Assembly (NCBI GenBank): GCA_977020255.1
Contig: CDROCS010002834.1
Coordinates: 310,001 to 374,000 of the forward strand
Direction of reading: 5' to 3'
Origin: Obrimoposthia wandeli
Taxonomy: Eukaryota
Length of the DNA stretch: 64,000 nucleotides
The translations under genes and the position numbers were made by a program. Positions 30,428 to 41,860 of this stretch are shown piece after piece. The notes under the pieces were generated by a model. It saw only the letters and a program-made list of their open reading frames with translations. It was not told the DNA's origin and did no database searches. Each line of letters opens with the position of its first letter. The first letter of the stretch is position 1.

Positions 30428-32524
30428 TTATGTTCGCTCTGCGATTATACGATTAGCAACATTCTTTGGTACTTCAGCATATTTGCTAAATTCCATCGAA
30501 TAAGACGCGCGGCCTTGAGTTGCTGAACGTAAATCAGTTGCGTAACCGAACATTTCAGAAAGAGGTACTTGAGCACGAAGAATCTTAAGATTCGCCGGTC
30601 CATCATCCATACCTTCGATCATGCCGCGGCGACGGTTAACGTCACCTACAACATCACCCATCCAATCTTCAGGTGTAGTTACTTCAACTTTCATCATTGG
30701 TTCAAGGATAACAGGGTTTGCATTTAATGCACCGTCCCTGAAGGCCATAGAACCAGCGATTTGAAACGCAATTTCGCTTGAATCAACATCATGGTAAGAA
30801 CCATCGAAGAGTGTCGCTTTGACATCAAGAATAGGGAAGCCCGCAAGCACACCGTTATTCATTTGCTCTTCAACACCTTTAGCGACTGCACCAATAAATT
30901 CTTTCGGTACAGAACCACCCACGATTTCATCAACGAAAACAAAACCTTCATCAGGTTCTGACGGTTCGATCTTCAGCCAAACATGTCCAAACTGACCGCG
31001 TCCACCAGATTGACGTATGAACTTGCCTTCAGATTTAGTTGTACCACGAATTGTTTCGCGATAAGCAACTTGGGGGTTACCCACGTTGCAATCAACACTG
31101 AATTCACGTTTCATACGGTCAACAATGATCTCAAGGTGAAGCTCACCCATACCAGAGATTAAAGTCTGGCCTGATTCATTATCGGTTTCTACTCTGAAAG
31201 ATGGATCTTCTGCCGCTAGTTTACCTAGTGCAATCCCCATCTTATCTTGATCAGCTTGAGATCTTGGTTCAACCGCAATCTGGATTACTGGTACAGGAAA
31301 TTCCATGCGCTCTAAAATAATTTTATTATTTAAATCACACAGAGTATCGCCAGTAGTCACGCTTTTAAGGCCAATTGCTGCAGCGATATCACCAGAGCAA
31401 ACTTCTTTGACCTCTTCACGCTTATTTGCGTGCATCTGAACGATGCGACCTAAACGTTCACGTTTTTCTTTTACAGAGTTGTAGACAGTATCACCAGATT
31501 TTACAACACCTGAATAAACACGCATGAATGTCAATGTACCTACGAACGGGTCAGTTGCGATTTTAAACGCAAGGGCTGAGAACGGTTCGTCATCATCAGA
31601 ATGACGCTCTGCAGCATTACCCAGTTCGTCTTCACCAGTGATAGCTTTCACTTCAGTTGGCGAAGGTAAGAAATCAATAACAGCATCTAGTACAGCCTGA
31701 ACACCTTGGTTCTTAAATGCTGAACCACATGTTGCCAGTACGATTTCATTATTCAATGTACGTTGACGAAGACCTGCCTTGATTTCTTCTTCAGACAGCT
31801 CACCTTCTTCAAGGTATTTTTCCATTAGCTCGTCATTTGCTTCTGCAGCCGACTCAACTAAGTTCATGCGCCATTCATCAGCCAGGTCTTGCATATCTGC
31901 TGGAATGTCTTCATAGGTAAAAGTCATACCTTGATCTTCAGAAGACCAATTAATAGCCTTCATCTTGAGCAGGTCGATTACACCTTTAAATTCTTCTTCA
32001 GCACCAATATTAAGCTGGATTGGTACTGGGTTCGCACCAAGACGGGTTTTGATCTGGTCAACAACACGAAGGAAGTCAGCACCAGCACGGTCCATCTTGT
32101 TTACGAAAACCATACGTGGTACTTCATATTTATCAGCTTGACGCCACACAGTCTCAGACTGAGGCTCAACGCCTGAAGAACCACAGAAAACTACAACAGC
32201 ACCATCGAGTACACGTAGAGAACGTTCAACTTCGATTGTGAAGTCAACGTGTCCTGGGGTATCAATGATGTTTATGCGATGCTCTGGAAACTGGGCTTCC
32301 ATACCACGCCAAAACGTAGTAGTAGCAGCAGAAGTGATAGTTATACCACGCTCTTGCTCCTGTTCCATCCAGTCCATTGTAGCAGCGCCATCGTGCACTT
32401 CACCGATCTTGTGAGATAGGCCTGTATAAAACAGAATACGTTCGGTAGTCGTTGTTTTACCAGCGTCAACATGAGCACAAATACCAATATTACGGTATCG
32501 CTCGATAGGTGTTTTACGAGACAC
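30428..32524 (-). CDS. fusA: elongation factor G (str-operon copy)
   Basis: [23 protein letters not shown]; GTG start. Confidence 0.98.
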   Translation of the reverse strand: MSRKTPIERYRNIGICAHVDAGKTTTTERILFYTGLSHKIGEVHDGAATMDWMEQEQERGITITSAATTTFWRGMEAQFPEHRINIIDTPGHVDFTIEVERSLRVLDGAVVVFCGSSGVEPQSETVWRQADKYEVPRMVFVNKMDRAGADFLRVVDQIKTRLGANPVPIQLNIGAEEEFKGVIDLLKMKAINWSSEDQGMTFTYEDIPADMQDLADEWRMNLVESAAEANDELMEKYLEEGELSEEEIKAGLRQRTLNNEIVLATCGSAFKNQGVQAVLDAVIDFLPSPTEVKAITGEDELGNAAERHSDDDEPFSALAFKIATDPFVGTLTFMRVYSGVVKSGDTVYNSVKEKRERLGRIVQMHANKREEVKEVCSGDIAAAIGLKSVTTGDTLCDLNNKIILERMEFPVPVIQIAVEPRSQADQDKMGIALGKLAAEDPSFRVETDNESGQTLISGMGELHLEIIVDRMKREFSVDCNVGNPQVAYRETIRGTTKSEGKFIRQSGGRGQFGHVWLKIEPSEPDEGFVFVDEIVGGSVPKEFIGAVAKGVEEQMNNGVLAGFPILDVKATLFDGSYHDVDSSEIAFQIAGSMAFRDGALNANPVILEPMMKVEVTTPEDWMGDVVGDVNRRRGMIEGMDDGPANLKILRAQVPLSEMFGYATDLRSATQGRASYSMEFSKYAEVPKNVANRIIAERT

Positions 32525-32602
32525 GGTTGTATCCTCTTACTAAGGGGAACCTTAGAGTATGGTTTAGATGCAACAGGAAACGCCTGCTGCATCCATTCGC
32601 TA

Positions 32603-33165
<563 letters not shown>

Positions 33166-33540
33166 TTAAGACTTAGGACGCTTAACACCGTACTTAGAAC
33201 GACCTTTCTTACGGCCATTTACGCCTGCACAGTCAAGTGCACCACGAACGGTGTGGTAACGCACACCTGGTAAATCTTTAACACGACCACCACGGATAAG
33301 AACAACTGAGTGCTCCTGAAGGTTGTGACCTTCGCCGCCGATGTATGAAGTAACTTCAAAGCCGTTAGTTAAACGAACACGACATACTTTACGTAATGCT
33401 GAGTTCGGTTTTTTAGGTGTAGTAGTGTAAACACGAGTACATACACCACGCTTTTGCGGGCACGCTGCTAGTGCAGGCACGTTGCTTTTTACAACTTGCT
33501 TTACACGTGGCTTGCGAACCAGCTGGTTAATAGTTGCCAT
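33166..33540 (-). CDS. rpsL: 30S ribosomal protein S12
   Basis: [13 protein letters not shown]; RVKDLPG (wild-type streptomycin positions). Confidence 0.99.
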   Translation of the reverse strand: MATINQLVRKPRVKQVVKSNVPALAACPQKRGVCTRVYTTTPKKPNSALRKVCRVRLTNGFEVTSYIGGEGHNLQEHSVVLIRGGRVKDLPGVRYHTVRGALDCAGVNGRKKGRSKYGVKRPKS

Positions 33541-33610
33541 TAAATAGCTCCTGAAATATTACTTTCGTAAAGTGTGAAAAATCTGCCTCCCAACAACAGG
33601 AGGACGCGAA

Positions 33611-33639
33611 ATTTTAGGCGTCGCACATTAGGGTGTCAA
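33611..33639 (-). promoter_or_regulatory. str operon promoter
   Basis: TTGACA, 17-bp spacer, TAAAAT, then TTCGCGTCC, like E. coli Pstr. Confidence 0.88.
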
Positions 33640-33719
33640 GATGTATACAACGATCAATCAGGTGAACATTTCTTAAACAATCATGAAAATTGACAGTTCA
33701 CCCTATCTAAAGCGGGATT

Positions 33720-34013
33720 TTACTCCCATTTCATCTGTACTTCATGTTGAACAGACAGAGAAACAAACCCTGAATAATCAATAACTTCAAAGTATCCATC
33801 AACTTTATCTGCAATTCCTCTCGCCAAGAGATCTTCTTTCAGTAAATATATTTTTACACCTGAAAATTTTATTGTTTTAGACCAAATATTTTCTCGTAAT
33901 CCGGCAAAAACTGCATCTTGAAGCAATAAAATCTCATCATCTTGGCTTATATAGCGTAGACAGCTTTGCAAAGACTGGGTATGAAAAGGGGATGTGGTGA
34001 CGGTATGAAGCAT
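33720..34013 (-). CDS. tusB: sulfur relay protein TusB/DsrH
   Basis: MLHTV..SPF; LLLQDAV; EDLLARG. Confidence 0.93.
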   Translation of the reverse strand: MLHTVTTSPFHTQSLQSCLRYISQDDEILLLQDAVFAGLRENIWSKTIKFSGVKIYLLKEDLLARGIADKVDGYFEVIDYSGFVSLSVQHEVQMKWE

Positions 34014-34020
34014 AAAATCC

Positions 34021-34377
34021 TCAGAAACTTAGAACACGGTGACAATGCTGTAATTTTGTTTTTATGCCAATATCATCGAGGGTAATAGCCTCGATGATAA
34101 AATCATTTTTGGTTAATCCACGTATGTCCATTGAATGCTGGCAGACGTAAATATTTTCAATGTCGTATAACTCAAGCATTTTAAACGTCGCGATATAATC
34201 ACGTGATAAAACGCGATCTGGCTGTTGATTTTTTAATAGTTGAAATACACCATCATCCATAAAAAATAAATGCAGGTCTTCACTGTAAGCCGATGTCGCC
34301 AATACCGCATCTAGCCCTTCTCGACCATTGCTTACCCCATGAGGTGCAGTACGAAATACAAAGCCTAATGGTTTCAT
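34021..34377 (-). CDS. tusC: sulfur relay protein TusC/DsrF
   Basis: APHG..GREGLDAVLA; FMDDGVFQL. Confidence 0.95.
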   Translation of the reverse strand: MKPLGFVFRTAPHGVSNGREGLDAVLATSAYSEDLHLFFMDDGVFQLLKNQQPDRVLSRDYIATFKMLELYDIENIYVCQHSMDIRGLTKNDFIIEAITLDDIGIKTKLQHCHRVLSF

Positions 34378-34414
34378 GTTGCTCTCTTAAAATGCCGCTT
34401 AAACACAGTTTTAT

Positions 34415-35541
<1,127 letters not shown>

Positions 35542-35646
35542 TGCAAATATCCATTACATTCATAATCAGCCTAATGTGCATTAAGAGATAATCAATAGAA
35601 TGGACATAAAATCAAATCCTGTTTGTAAGTTTATCAGAATATATAT

Positions 35647-35675
35647 AAAAAAAGACCCGACATGAGTCGGGTCTT
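35647..35675 (-). terminator. fkpA terminator
   Basis: AAGACCCGAC TCAT GTCGGGTCTT followed by a T-run. Confidence 0.85.
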
Positions 35676-35716
35676 ATCAAACTATATGCTAATAAAACTA
35701 GCTTTGATTACACAAA

Positions 35717-36535
35717 TTATTGCGTTTCAAGCTCTGGAGCTGGTTTATCCGCTTTAACAATCTGCAATAATTCAACTTCAAAGACTAAAGTAGAGTTTGC
35801 AGGAATGCTTGGATTTGCTTGCGAGCCATATGCTAGTTCAGGCGGGATAACAAACTTAAACTTAGAACCAACAGGCATTAATTGAACGCCTTCAGTCCAA
35901 CCAGGAATCACCTGGTTCAGAGGGAATGTTGCTGGTTGATTACGTTTGTATGAACTATCAAATTCAGTACCGTCAGTTAATGTTCCTTTATAATGAACCT
36001 GAACAGTATCTGTTTCTGCTGGTTTTTCACCCTCAGTTGATTTTTCTACTTGGTATAGTAGGCCTGATTCAGTCTTTGCTACGCCTTCTTGTTTTTCGAA
36101 TTCGGCACGGAACGCTTCACCCGCTTTAATGCTTTGCTCTGAATCTACTTTTGCTTTCTCAGCAACAATATCAGATACGCGCTTATCAAGGTCTTGAAGC
36201 GCTTGTTGTGTTTCTTCTGGCGTCATACGACTCTTATTAGCGAATACATCGCTCACGCCCGCAAGTACATCATCACTATTTAACTCTAAACCAAGCTCTT
36301 TCTGCTGGTCTAAGTTCGCTGATAAGTATTGTGCAAGTGATGCACCAATCGCATACGCTGATTTTTGATCTTCAGATGCAAACGCTTCTGGTGCTTGCTC
36401 AGAGGTTGCTTCAGCTGCTACCTGCTCTACTTTTGCAGGCTCTGCAGGTGTTGTTTCCGTCGTTTTTTCATCTTGGCAGCCAACCGCTAGTAAAATAGTT
36501 GCAGCCAAAAGAGACATCTTTAGAACAGGTTTCAT
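35717..36535 (-). CDS. fkpA: periplasmic FKBP-type PPIase
   Basis: AYAIGAS; VHYKGTL; FDSSY; VIPGWTEG; lipobox AVGC; ATG 36535 with SD GGAG. Confidence 0.96.
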   Translation of the reverse strand: MKPVLKMSLLAATILLAVGCQDEKTTETTPAEPAKVEQVAAEATSEQAPEAFASEDQKSAYAIGASLAQYLSANLDQQKELGLELNSDDVLAGVSDVFANKSRMTPEETQQALQDLDKRVSDIVAEKAKVDSEQSIKAGEAFRAEFEKQEGVAKTESGLLYQVEKSTEGEKPAETDTVQVHYKGTLTDGTEFDSSYKRNQPATFPLNQVIPGWTEGVQLMPVGSKFKFVIPPELAYGSQANPSIPANSTLVFEVELLQIVKADKPAPELETQ

Positions 36536-36715
36536 GTATTTCTCCGTCATTCGATGAGGCTTACCCTCATTTCTCGCTTTGCCTTTCACTGTAGATGTGA
36601 AAAACTTGCCATATTAATATACTAATACCAATCTGATTAAATTGCTGCTTAGTCAGTACGTTAATCAGATTATATTTTCTTACATGTTAACAAAGTGAAG
36701 CGGAACCAGACCTTA

Positions 36716-37693
36716 ATGCGCAAAGTTTTCCATATAGTTAGCTTCATTTTGGCACTCATATCACTCAGTGGCTGTTTTTTTTCATCATCAGAAATTAACC
36801 GTTGGGTATTAGCCTCTGAGGGTGCCACCAGTTTTAGCCTCAGTCGTAATGGTCGCTTCGCTTTATTACACTCAGCCAAACAAGGTATCTTGCTGTGGGA
36901 CTTACAGCAAAACAAAAAGTTAGCTGACTTTGGTTCTCAAGACCCACATCACAATACCGTTATTTCTAGTAGTATTTCTGATAACAATCGGTTCGCCATC
37001 ACCGCTACAGCCCAAAATTTTGCAGTATGGGATTTAGCGTGGGGGAAATCTGACGGGTTATGGTCTCTTTCTGATGGTGTTATTCGTGATGTTGATATCG
37101 CTAACAATGGTCAGCATGTTGTATTGGCTTTATCTAACGGTAAAGCCTTATACATCGACTTGGGCACTGGACGACGCTTAGAGTTCCTTGCTCATCAAGA
37201 AAAAGTGAACTCTGTCGCGATTTCGGCCAATGGGCAATATGTTCTATCAGGCGGGAATGACTACTTTGCTTACCTATGGGATACCCGTTCAGGGCAGATC
37301 ATTCATACTTTTGAGCATACTTCGCGAATAAATCGAGTCGCCCTTCAGCGTGATGGCAAATTAGCGATGACCGCTGATGGGGGGAATGATATTTTTATTT
37401 GGGATTTGCAAACAGGAAAGAAACAAACAGCGCTTTCCATTCATTTACGTCAACAAAATTTATCCAGCGCGCGCTTTTCTGATGATGGAACAATGTTAGC
37501 AACAGGTACCCCTTCTCGCAGGGTGGAACTTTGGGATACCACAACAGGTAAGAACATCGGCCGATGGGAAGCGGCACCACTACAAGATGCTCGACCACCG
37601 TCGGCAGTGGTGTATGATGTTGCTATTACGCCTTCAGGGCAGGTAGTCTCTGGTACATCAGCTGGTATTGCCCAAACCTGGACAACAGATTAA
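36716..37693 (+). CDS. WD40 beta-propeller lipoprotein
   Basis: Lipobox LSGC; repeats ending in WD (LLWD, AVWD, YLWD, FIWD, ELWD); AHQEKVNSV. Confidence 0.88.
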   Translation: MRKVFHIVSFILALISLSGCFFSSSEINRWVLASEGATSFSLSRNGRFALLHSAKQGILLWDLQQNKKLADFGSQDPHHNTVISSSISDNNRFAITATAQNFAVWDLAWGKSDGLWSLSDGVIRDVDIANNGQHVVLALSNGKALYIDLGTGRRLEFLAHQEKVNSVAISANGQYVLSGGNDYFAYLWDTRSGQIIHTFEHTSRINRVALQRDGKLAMTADGGNDIFIWDLQTGKKQTALSIHLRQQNLSSARFSDDGTMLATGTPSRRVELWDTTTGKNIGRWEAAPLQDARPPSAVVYDVAITPSGQVVSGTSAGIAQTWTTD

Positions 37694-37744
37694 ATCCCAT
37701 CAGAGTATTCTCTGATCGGTATAACATTTTTGGTACCTAACCTC

Positions 37745-37966
37745 ATGACTGATATTGAAAAACTACAAGCTCAAGTTGACGAGCTAGAAATGAAGCAAGC
37801 TTTTCACGAACAAACAATCGATGATCTAAATGAAGCACTCACTGATCAGCAGTTTCAATTTGATAAAATGCAGGTTCAGCTTAAATTCTTGGTGGGTAAG
37901 GTTAAAGGCTTCCAATCATCAAATATGGCCGAAGAATCGGAAGAGACGCCTCCGCCACACTACTAA
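37745..37966 (+). CDS. slyX: SlyX family protein
   Basis: ELEMKQAFHEQTIDDLN; EETPPPHY. Confidence 0.95.
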   Translation: MTDIEKLQAQVDELEMKQAFHEQTIDDLNEALTDQQFQFDKMQVQLKFLVGKVKGFQSSNMAEESEETPPPHY

Positions 37967-38157
37967 TACCAACCTAAATAAGTATCTGATCATTCTTGCT
38001 GGTTAAAATCGATAATAACTACGTTAGAAATTTTATAATTAGAACGACTAGTTATTTCAATTTCTGTCTTGTTCTTACCGATTTTCCCTGCGCAAATTTA
38101 TGACCATTTACTTATCCAGATTGGTATAACTGTTCTTGTAAGCCAAATTCAAATTAT

Positions 38158-38191
38158 AAAAAAACGGGAAGCAAGAGCTTCCCGTTTTTTT
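38158..38191. terminator. bidirectional terminator between slyX and slyD
   Basis: A7-CGGGAAGC AAGA GCTTCCCG-T7. Confidence 0.88.
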
Positions 38192-38228
38192 GTTATTTAT
38201 TAAGAGTAATACTTAACAAATAAAGCTA

Positions 38229-38837
38229 TTAGTGAGAACAGCCACAGCCGCCTTTTTCTTTTTCTTCTGCGTGATCGCCACAGCTACCACCACCGCCACA
38301 GCAGCCGCCTTCTTCTTTTTCTTCTGCGTGGTCGTGATCGCCACAGCTACCACCACCGCCACAACAACCACCACCTTGGTGAATGTGACCGTGTTCAATT
38401 TCTTCTTCTGTTGCAGCACGAACAGCAACAACTTCAGCAGTGAAAGTCAGTGTTTGACCTGCAAGCATGTGGTTACCATCAACAACAACTTCGTCGCCAT
38501 CAACTTCAGTTACTTCAACAGGAATTGGACCCTGATCAGTATCAGCTAAGAAACGCATACCAACAGTAATTTCATCAACGCCTTGGAATACGTTTGCAGG
38601 TACACGTTGTACCATTTCATCTTCGTGTTCACCGTATGCATCTTCAGGAGCAACAGTTACTTCAAATTTGTCGCCAGCTTCACGACCTTCCAATGCTTTT
38701 TCTAAGCCAACGATTAGGTTGTCATGGCCGTGTAGGTAATCAAGTGGTGCTTCAACAGTTGACTGATCAACTACAGCGCCTTCTTCAGTTATTACTTGAT
38801 ATGCCAAGCTTACTACGATGTCTTTAGCGACTTTCAT
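38229..38837 (-). CDS. slyD: FKBP-type PPIase/metallochaperone SlyD
   Basis: YLHGHDNLIVGLE; DGNHMLAG; His/Cys-rich tail. Confidence 0.97.
   Translation of the reverse strand: MKVAKDIVVSLAYQVITEEGAVVDQSTVEAPLDYLHGHDNLIVGLEKALEGREAGDKFEVTVAPEDAYGEHEDEMVQRVPANVFQGVDEITVGMRFLADTDQGPIPVEVTEVDGDEVVVDGNHMLAGQTLTFTAEVVAVRAATEEEIEHGHIHQGGGCCGGGGSCGDHDHAEEKEEGGCCGGGGSCGDHAEEKEKGGCGCSH
38270..38363. repeat. 31-bp exact direct repeat (63-nt period) in the slyD tail
   Basis: CGTGATCGCCACAGCTACCACCACCGCCACA at 38270 and 38333. Confidence 0.95.
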
Positions 38838-38916
38838 GTTTACTCCGAAAATTTGAGCTAGGTGTTAAGGCTGCATGATACCGAATTCTTGTACCAAGAT
38901 GCTAATCATAAGCGAT

Positions 38917-39126
38917 CTATTCAGGTTTAAAAATACCAATAACCTGCTGGCCTTTATCTTCAGCAAGGTGTTCACTTTGCTCTACAGATTTAGGAAGACG
39001 ACGATCTACGTGATGACACTCTACGCATTCGACGATCTCGATTTCATTTTCTTTCCACCAGCGCAGGGTATCTTGCTTGCTACAAGCAGGACATACCGCG
39101 CCAGCAATAAATCTTTTTTTTACCAT
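38917..39126 (-). CDS. yheV: YheV family zinc-ribbon protein
   Basis: KRFIAGAVCPAC; ECVECHH. Confidence 0.9.
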   Translation of the reverse strand: MVKKRFIAGAVCPACSKQDTLRWWKENEIEIVECVECHHVDRRLPKSVEQSEHLAEDKGQQVIGIFKPE

Positions 39127-39228
39127 ACTATTCATCCCTTTTTTACACGCCTCTTCGCCACAATTCGCTGAATAACAACGATTCTACATTGAGTATGGTG
39201 TGTTCCTTGTTATGAACCAAGCAACGCA

Positions 39229-41031
39229 TCAATCCCAGCCATTGTGTCTATCTCGTTCGCCACGCATTTCTCGATCAAAAATTTCTTCAAGTTCTTTGCG
39301 TGCTTCTTTAGAACGAGAAGCAAGGTGAACATCTTCAGAATGCTGCGGCAATAAATCTCGTAATGCTGTAGCGTCTAGTTTACGAAAGTGTGCTTCAGCG
39401 CGCTTGGCTTTGTATGGGTGCATGCCTAAAGATATGAGGGCTTGTCGACCTAAATCAAGAGCGCCAGCAAAAGTTTCCCGCGAGAAATTATCAACACCAT
39501 GGCTCAGTAACTGATGTGCCTCTACTCGGCTTCGTGCACGAGCCAGTACTTTCAACTTAGGGAAGTGCTGCTGACAAAGGGTAACAACTTCCATCACTTC
39601 ATCAGGCTCATCAGTACAAATTATGATAGCTTCCGCTTTATCTGCTCCAGCCGCCCGCAATAGATCCAACTGGGTAGCATCGCCATAATACACCTTGTAA
39701 CCAAACTTACGTAAAAACTGAATTTGACTCGGATCACGCTCTAATACCGTGACGCGTATTTTATTGGCAAATAATAGTCGCCCGACGACTTGACCAAAAC
39801 GGCCAAAGCCAGTGATGATCACTCGAGGTTCGCGATCAATCACATCCGTTTCTAAGGCTTCATCGTCTGATTTAAAGGTATGAATGAACCATCGGTCTTG
39901 CAGTAATAATATTAAAGGCGTTGTCATCATTGAAATACTGACTACCACTAAAAGGAATGACGACAATTGCGTCCCTAATAACCCTTCCCCCTGAGCGGCG
40001 GTAAATAAGACAAAAGCAAATTCACCCCCTTGACTTAAAATTGCCGCCATCTGGCTACGTGATTTTGCCCGAATACCAAACAGTCGAGCTAACCCATACA
40101 AGAGTAAGCCTTTCACTATCACTAAGGCAGCAACCGCAGCTAAGATTTGTAAAGGGAACTCGAATAACAGCCCCAAATTAACGGCCATACCGACAGAGAT
40201 AAAAAACAGCCCTAGCAATAACCCTTTGAACGGTTCGATCGCAATTTCTAATTCATGGCGGTATTCACTTTCAGCCAATAACACCCCAGCTAAAAATGTC
40301 CCTAATGCCATGGATAGACCCAGAGACTGCATACCTAATGCAATGCCAATAACCAACAAGAGTGCCGCGACATTAAACAGTTCACGCACTCCACTAAGTA
40401 CCACCCAGCGAAATAATGGACGCAGTAAAAAATGACCGCCGACTAATAAAGCCGCAATGCCACCGATCATCCAAGCAAAATCAAGCCAACTGCCCCCTCC
40501 GCCTCCCGCTAAAATAGGTAATACCGCCAGCATAGGGATAACAGCAATATCTTGGAATAATAAGACGGAAAAGCTGGATTGACCGGTTTCGCTACCGTCG
40601 AGACTTTTCTCTTCAATAACCCGTAATGCAATTGCAGTAGAAGAAAGCGCCAACCCCATACCAATAACCAAGGCATCTCGCCAAGTGATGGAAGGCATCA
40701 TGCTACTGCATGCCATAACAATGCCTGCAATCACTAAACTAGTCACCAGTACTTGCCCGCCACCCAGCCCTAATATTGGGCTACGCATCTGCCAGAGCTT
40801 TTTGGGGTTTAGCTCTAAACCAATCAAGAACAGCAGTAATACGACACCAAACTCAGAAAAGTGCAGTATTGCTTCAACATCAGAAATTAACCCTAGCCCC
40901 CAAGGACCAATCGCAATACCCGCGATGAGATAACCCAATACCGACCCTAACCCTAAACGTTGAGCAATGGGCACGGCAACGACGGCAGCGGCAAGGAAAA
41001 CAACCGTGATAGACAACACATCATTCGCCAT
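39229..41031 (-). CDS. kefB: glutathione-regulated K+ efflux antiporter
   Basis: CPA2 membrane domain (LALSSTA, LFQD, QGGEFAF) plus KTN domain GFGRFG; kefB versus kefC assigned by the adjacent kefG-like gene and synteny. Confidence 0.88.
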   Translation of the reverse strand: MANDVLSITVVFLAAAVVAVPIAQRLGLGSVLGYLIAGIAIGPWGLGLISDVEAILHFSEFGVVLLLFLIGLELNPKKLWQMRSPILGLGGGQVLVTSLVIAGIVMACSSMMPSITWRDALVIGMGLALSSTAIALRVIEEKSLDGSETGQSSFSVLLFQDIAVIPMLAVLPILAGGGGGSWLDFAWMIGGIAALLVGGHFLLRPLFRWVVLSGVRELFNVAALLLVIGIALGMQSLGLSMALGTFLAGVLLAESEYRHELEIAIEPFKGLLLGLFFISVGMAVNLGLLFEFPLQILAAVAALVIVKGLLLYGLARLFGIRAKSRSQMAAILSQGGEFAFVLFTAAQGEGLLGTQLSSFLLVVVSISMMTTPLILLLQDRWFIHTFKSDDEALETDVIDREPRVIITGFGRFGQVVGRLLFANKIRVTVLERDPSQIQFLRKFGYKVYYGDATQLDLLRAAGADKAEAIIICTDEPDEVMEVVTLCQQHFPKLKVLARARSRVEAHQLLSHGVDNFSRETFAGALDLGRQALISLGMHPYKAKRAEAHFRKLDATALRDLLPQHSEDVHLASRSKEARKELEEIFDREMRGERDRHNGWD

Positions 41032-41035
41032 TGTT

Positions 41036-41620
41036 TTACTCCTTACCTTTGCTATCAACGGGTGGGGTTTGCTCGTTATTCACTAACGGATGCTGTAACC
41101 ACGCTCGATAATCTGCAGAATGTTGCTGACGCTCTTCAAACGGAATGCGCCTAGCCCAGTGTAAAACCAAAGGTTCCACCCATGTCATTTGACATAACTC
41201 AGCGGTTAGCTCGAACGGTCGTAAGATTTCAGCAATGCTGCAGCGGTTATAACCATCAGGGGTATATGCTTCTGCCGCCCCACCGGTTGTCACCACTGAA
41301 CGCCAATATTTCCCTTTGGTAGATACCCCTTCACCGTGGGCGTAACCTTTGCTTAGCACGACATCAATCCATTCTTTCAATAAAGAGGGGCAAGAATACA
41401 TATAGAGCGGGTGTTGGAAGACTATGATGTCGTGTTGCTCAAGCAGCTGGTGCTCGAAAACCACATCAATAAAGAAATCAGGATAAGCGGCATACAAATC
41501 ATGGACAGTTACATGCTTCAGGTCGGCAATACTGGCCAACATCTCTTGATTCGCCACCGATTCTTGGGGGTCTGGATGCGCATAAATCACCAGAATTTTT
41601 GGCTGTCCTTGTGTGGTCAT
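41036..41620 (-). CDS. kefG: Kef ancillary flavodoxin-fold protein
   Basis: YAHP; QHPLYMYSCPSLLKEWID; TTGG. Confidence 0.9.
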   Translation of the reverse strand: MTTQGQPKILVIYAHPDPQESVANQEMLASIADLKHVTVHDLYAAYPDFFIDVVFEHQLLEQHDIIVFQHPLYMYSCPSLLKEWIDVVLSKGYAHGEGVSTKGKYWRSVVTTGGAAEAYTPDGYNRCSIAEILRPFELTAELCQMTWVEPLVLHWARRIPFEERQQHSADYRAWLQHPLVNNEQTPPVDSKGKE

Positions 41621-41860
41621 AACATTCCTTGCTACATCCTTGAATAAAAGTGTTCATCTATATAGCCAAAATATTCTTAACTAATATGCACATAATACAT
41701 AATTATGACTTGTACGGGATATTGATCCTGAGATTCCCCAATACTTCTTACAAGATTAGGCCGCATAATTATTACGGTGTTAGCAGTCAATGACGGTTTG
41801 GTATAGACTGCCGCTAATTTCGAGCACTTTTTTGCGGAGCGGGCTACCCCGACACTATCG

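Noticed and set aside
33166-33540. Streptomycin-resistance alleles in rpsL
   Set aside because: The K43 (PKKPNS) and K88 (RVKD) positions are wild type.
38213-38549. Overlapping low-complexity ORFs (poly-V/A/K and poly-T/F)
   Set aside because: Alternate-frame and antisense read-outs of the slyD Gly/Cys/His repeat.
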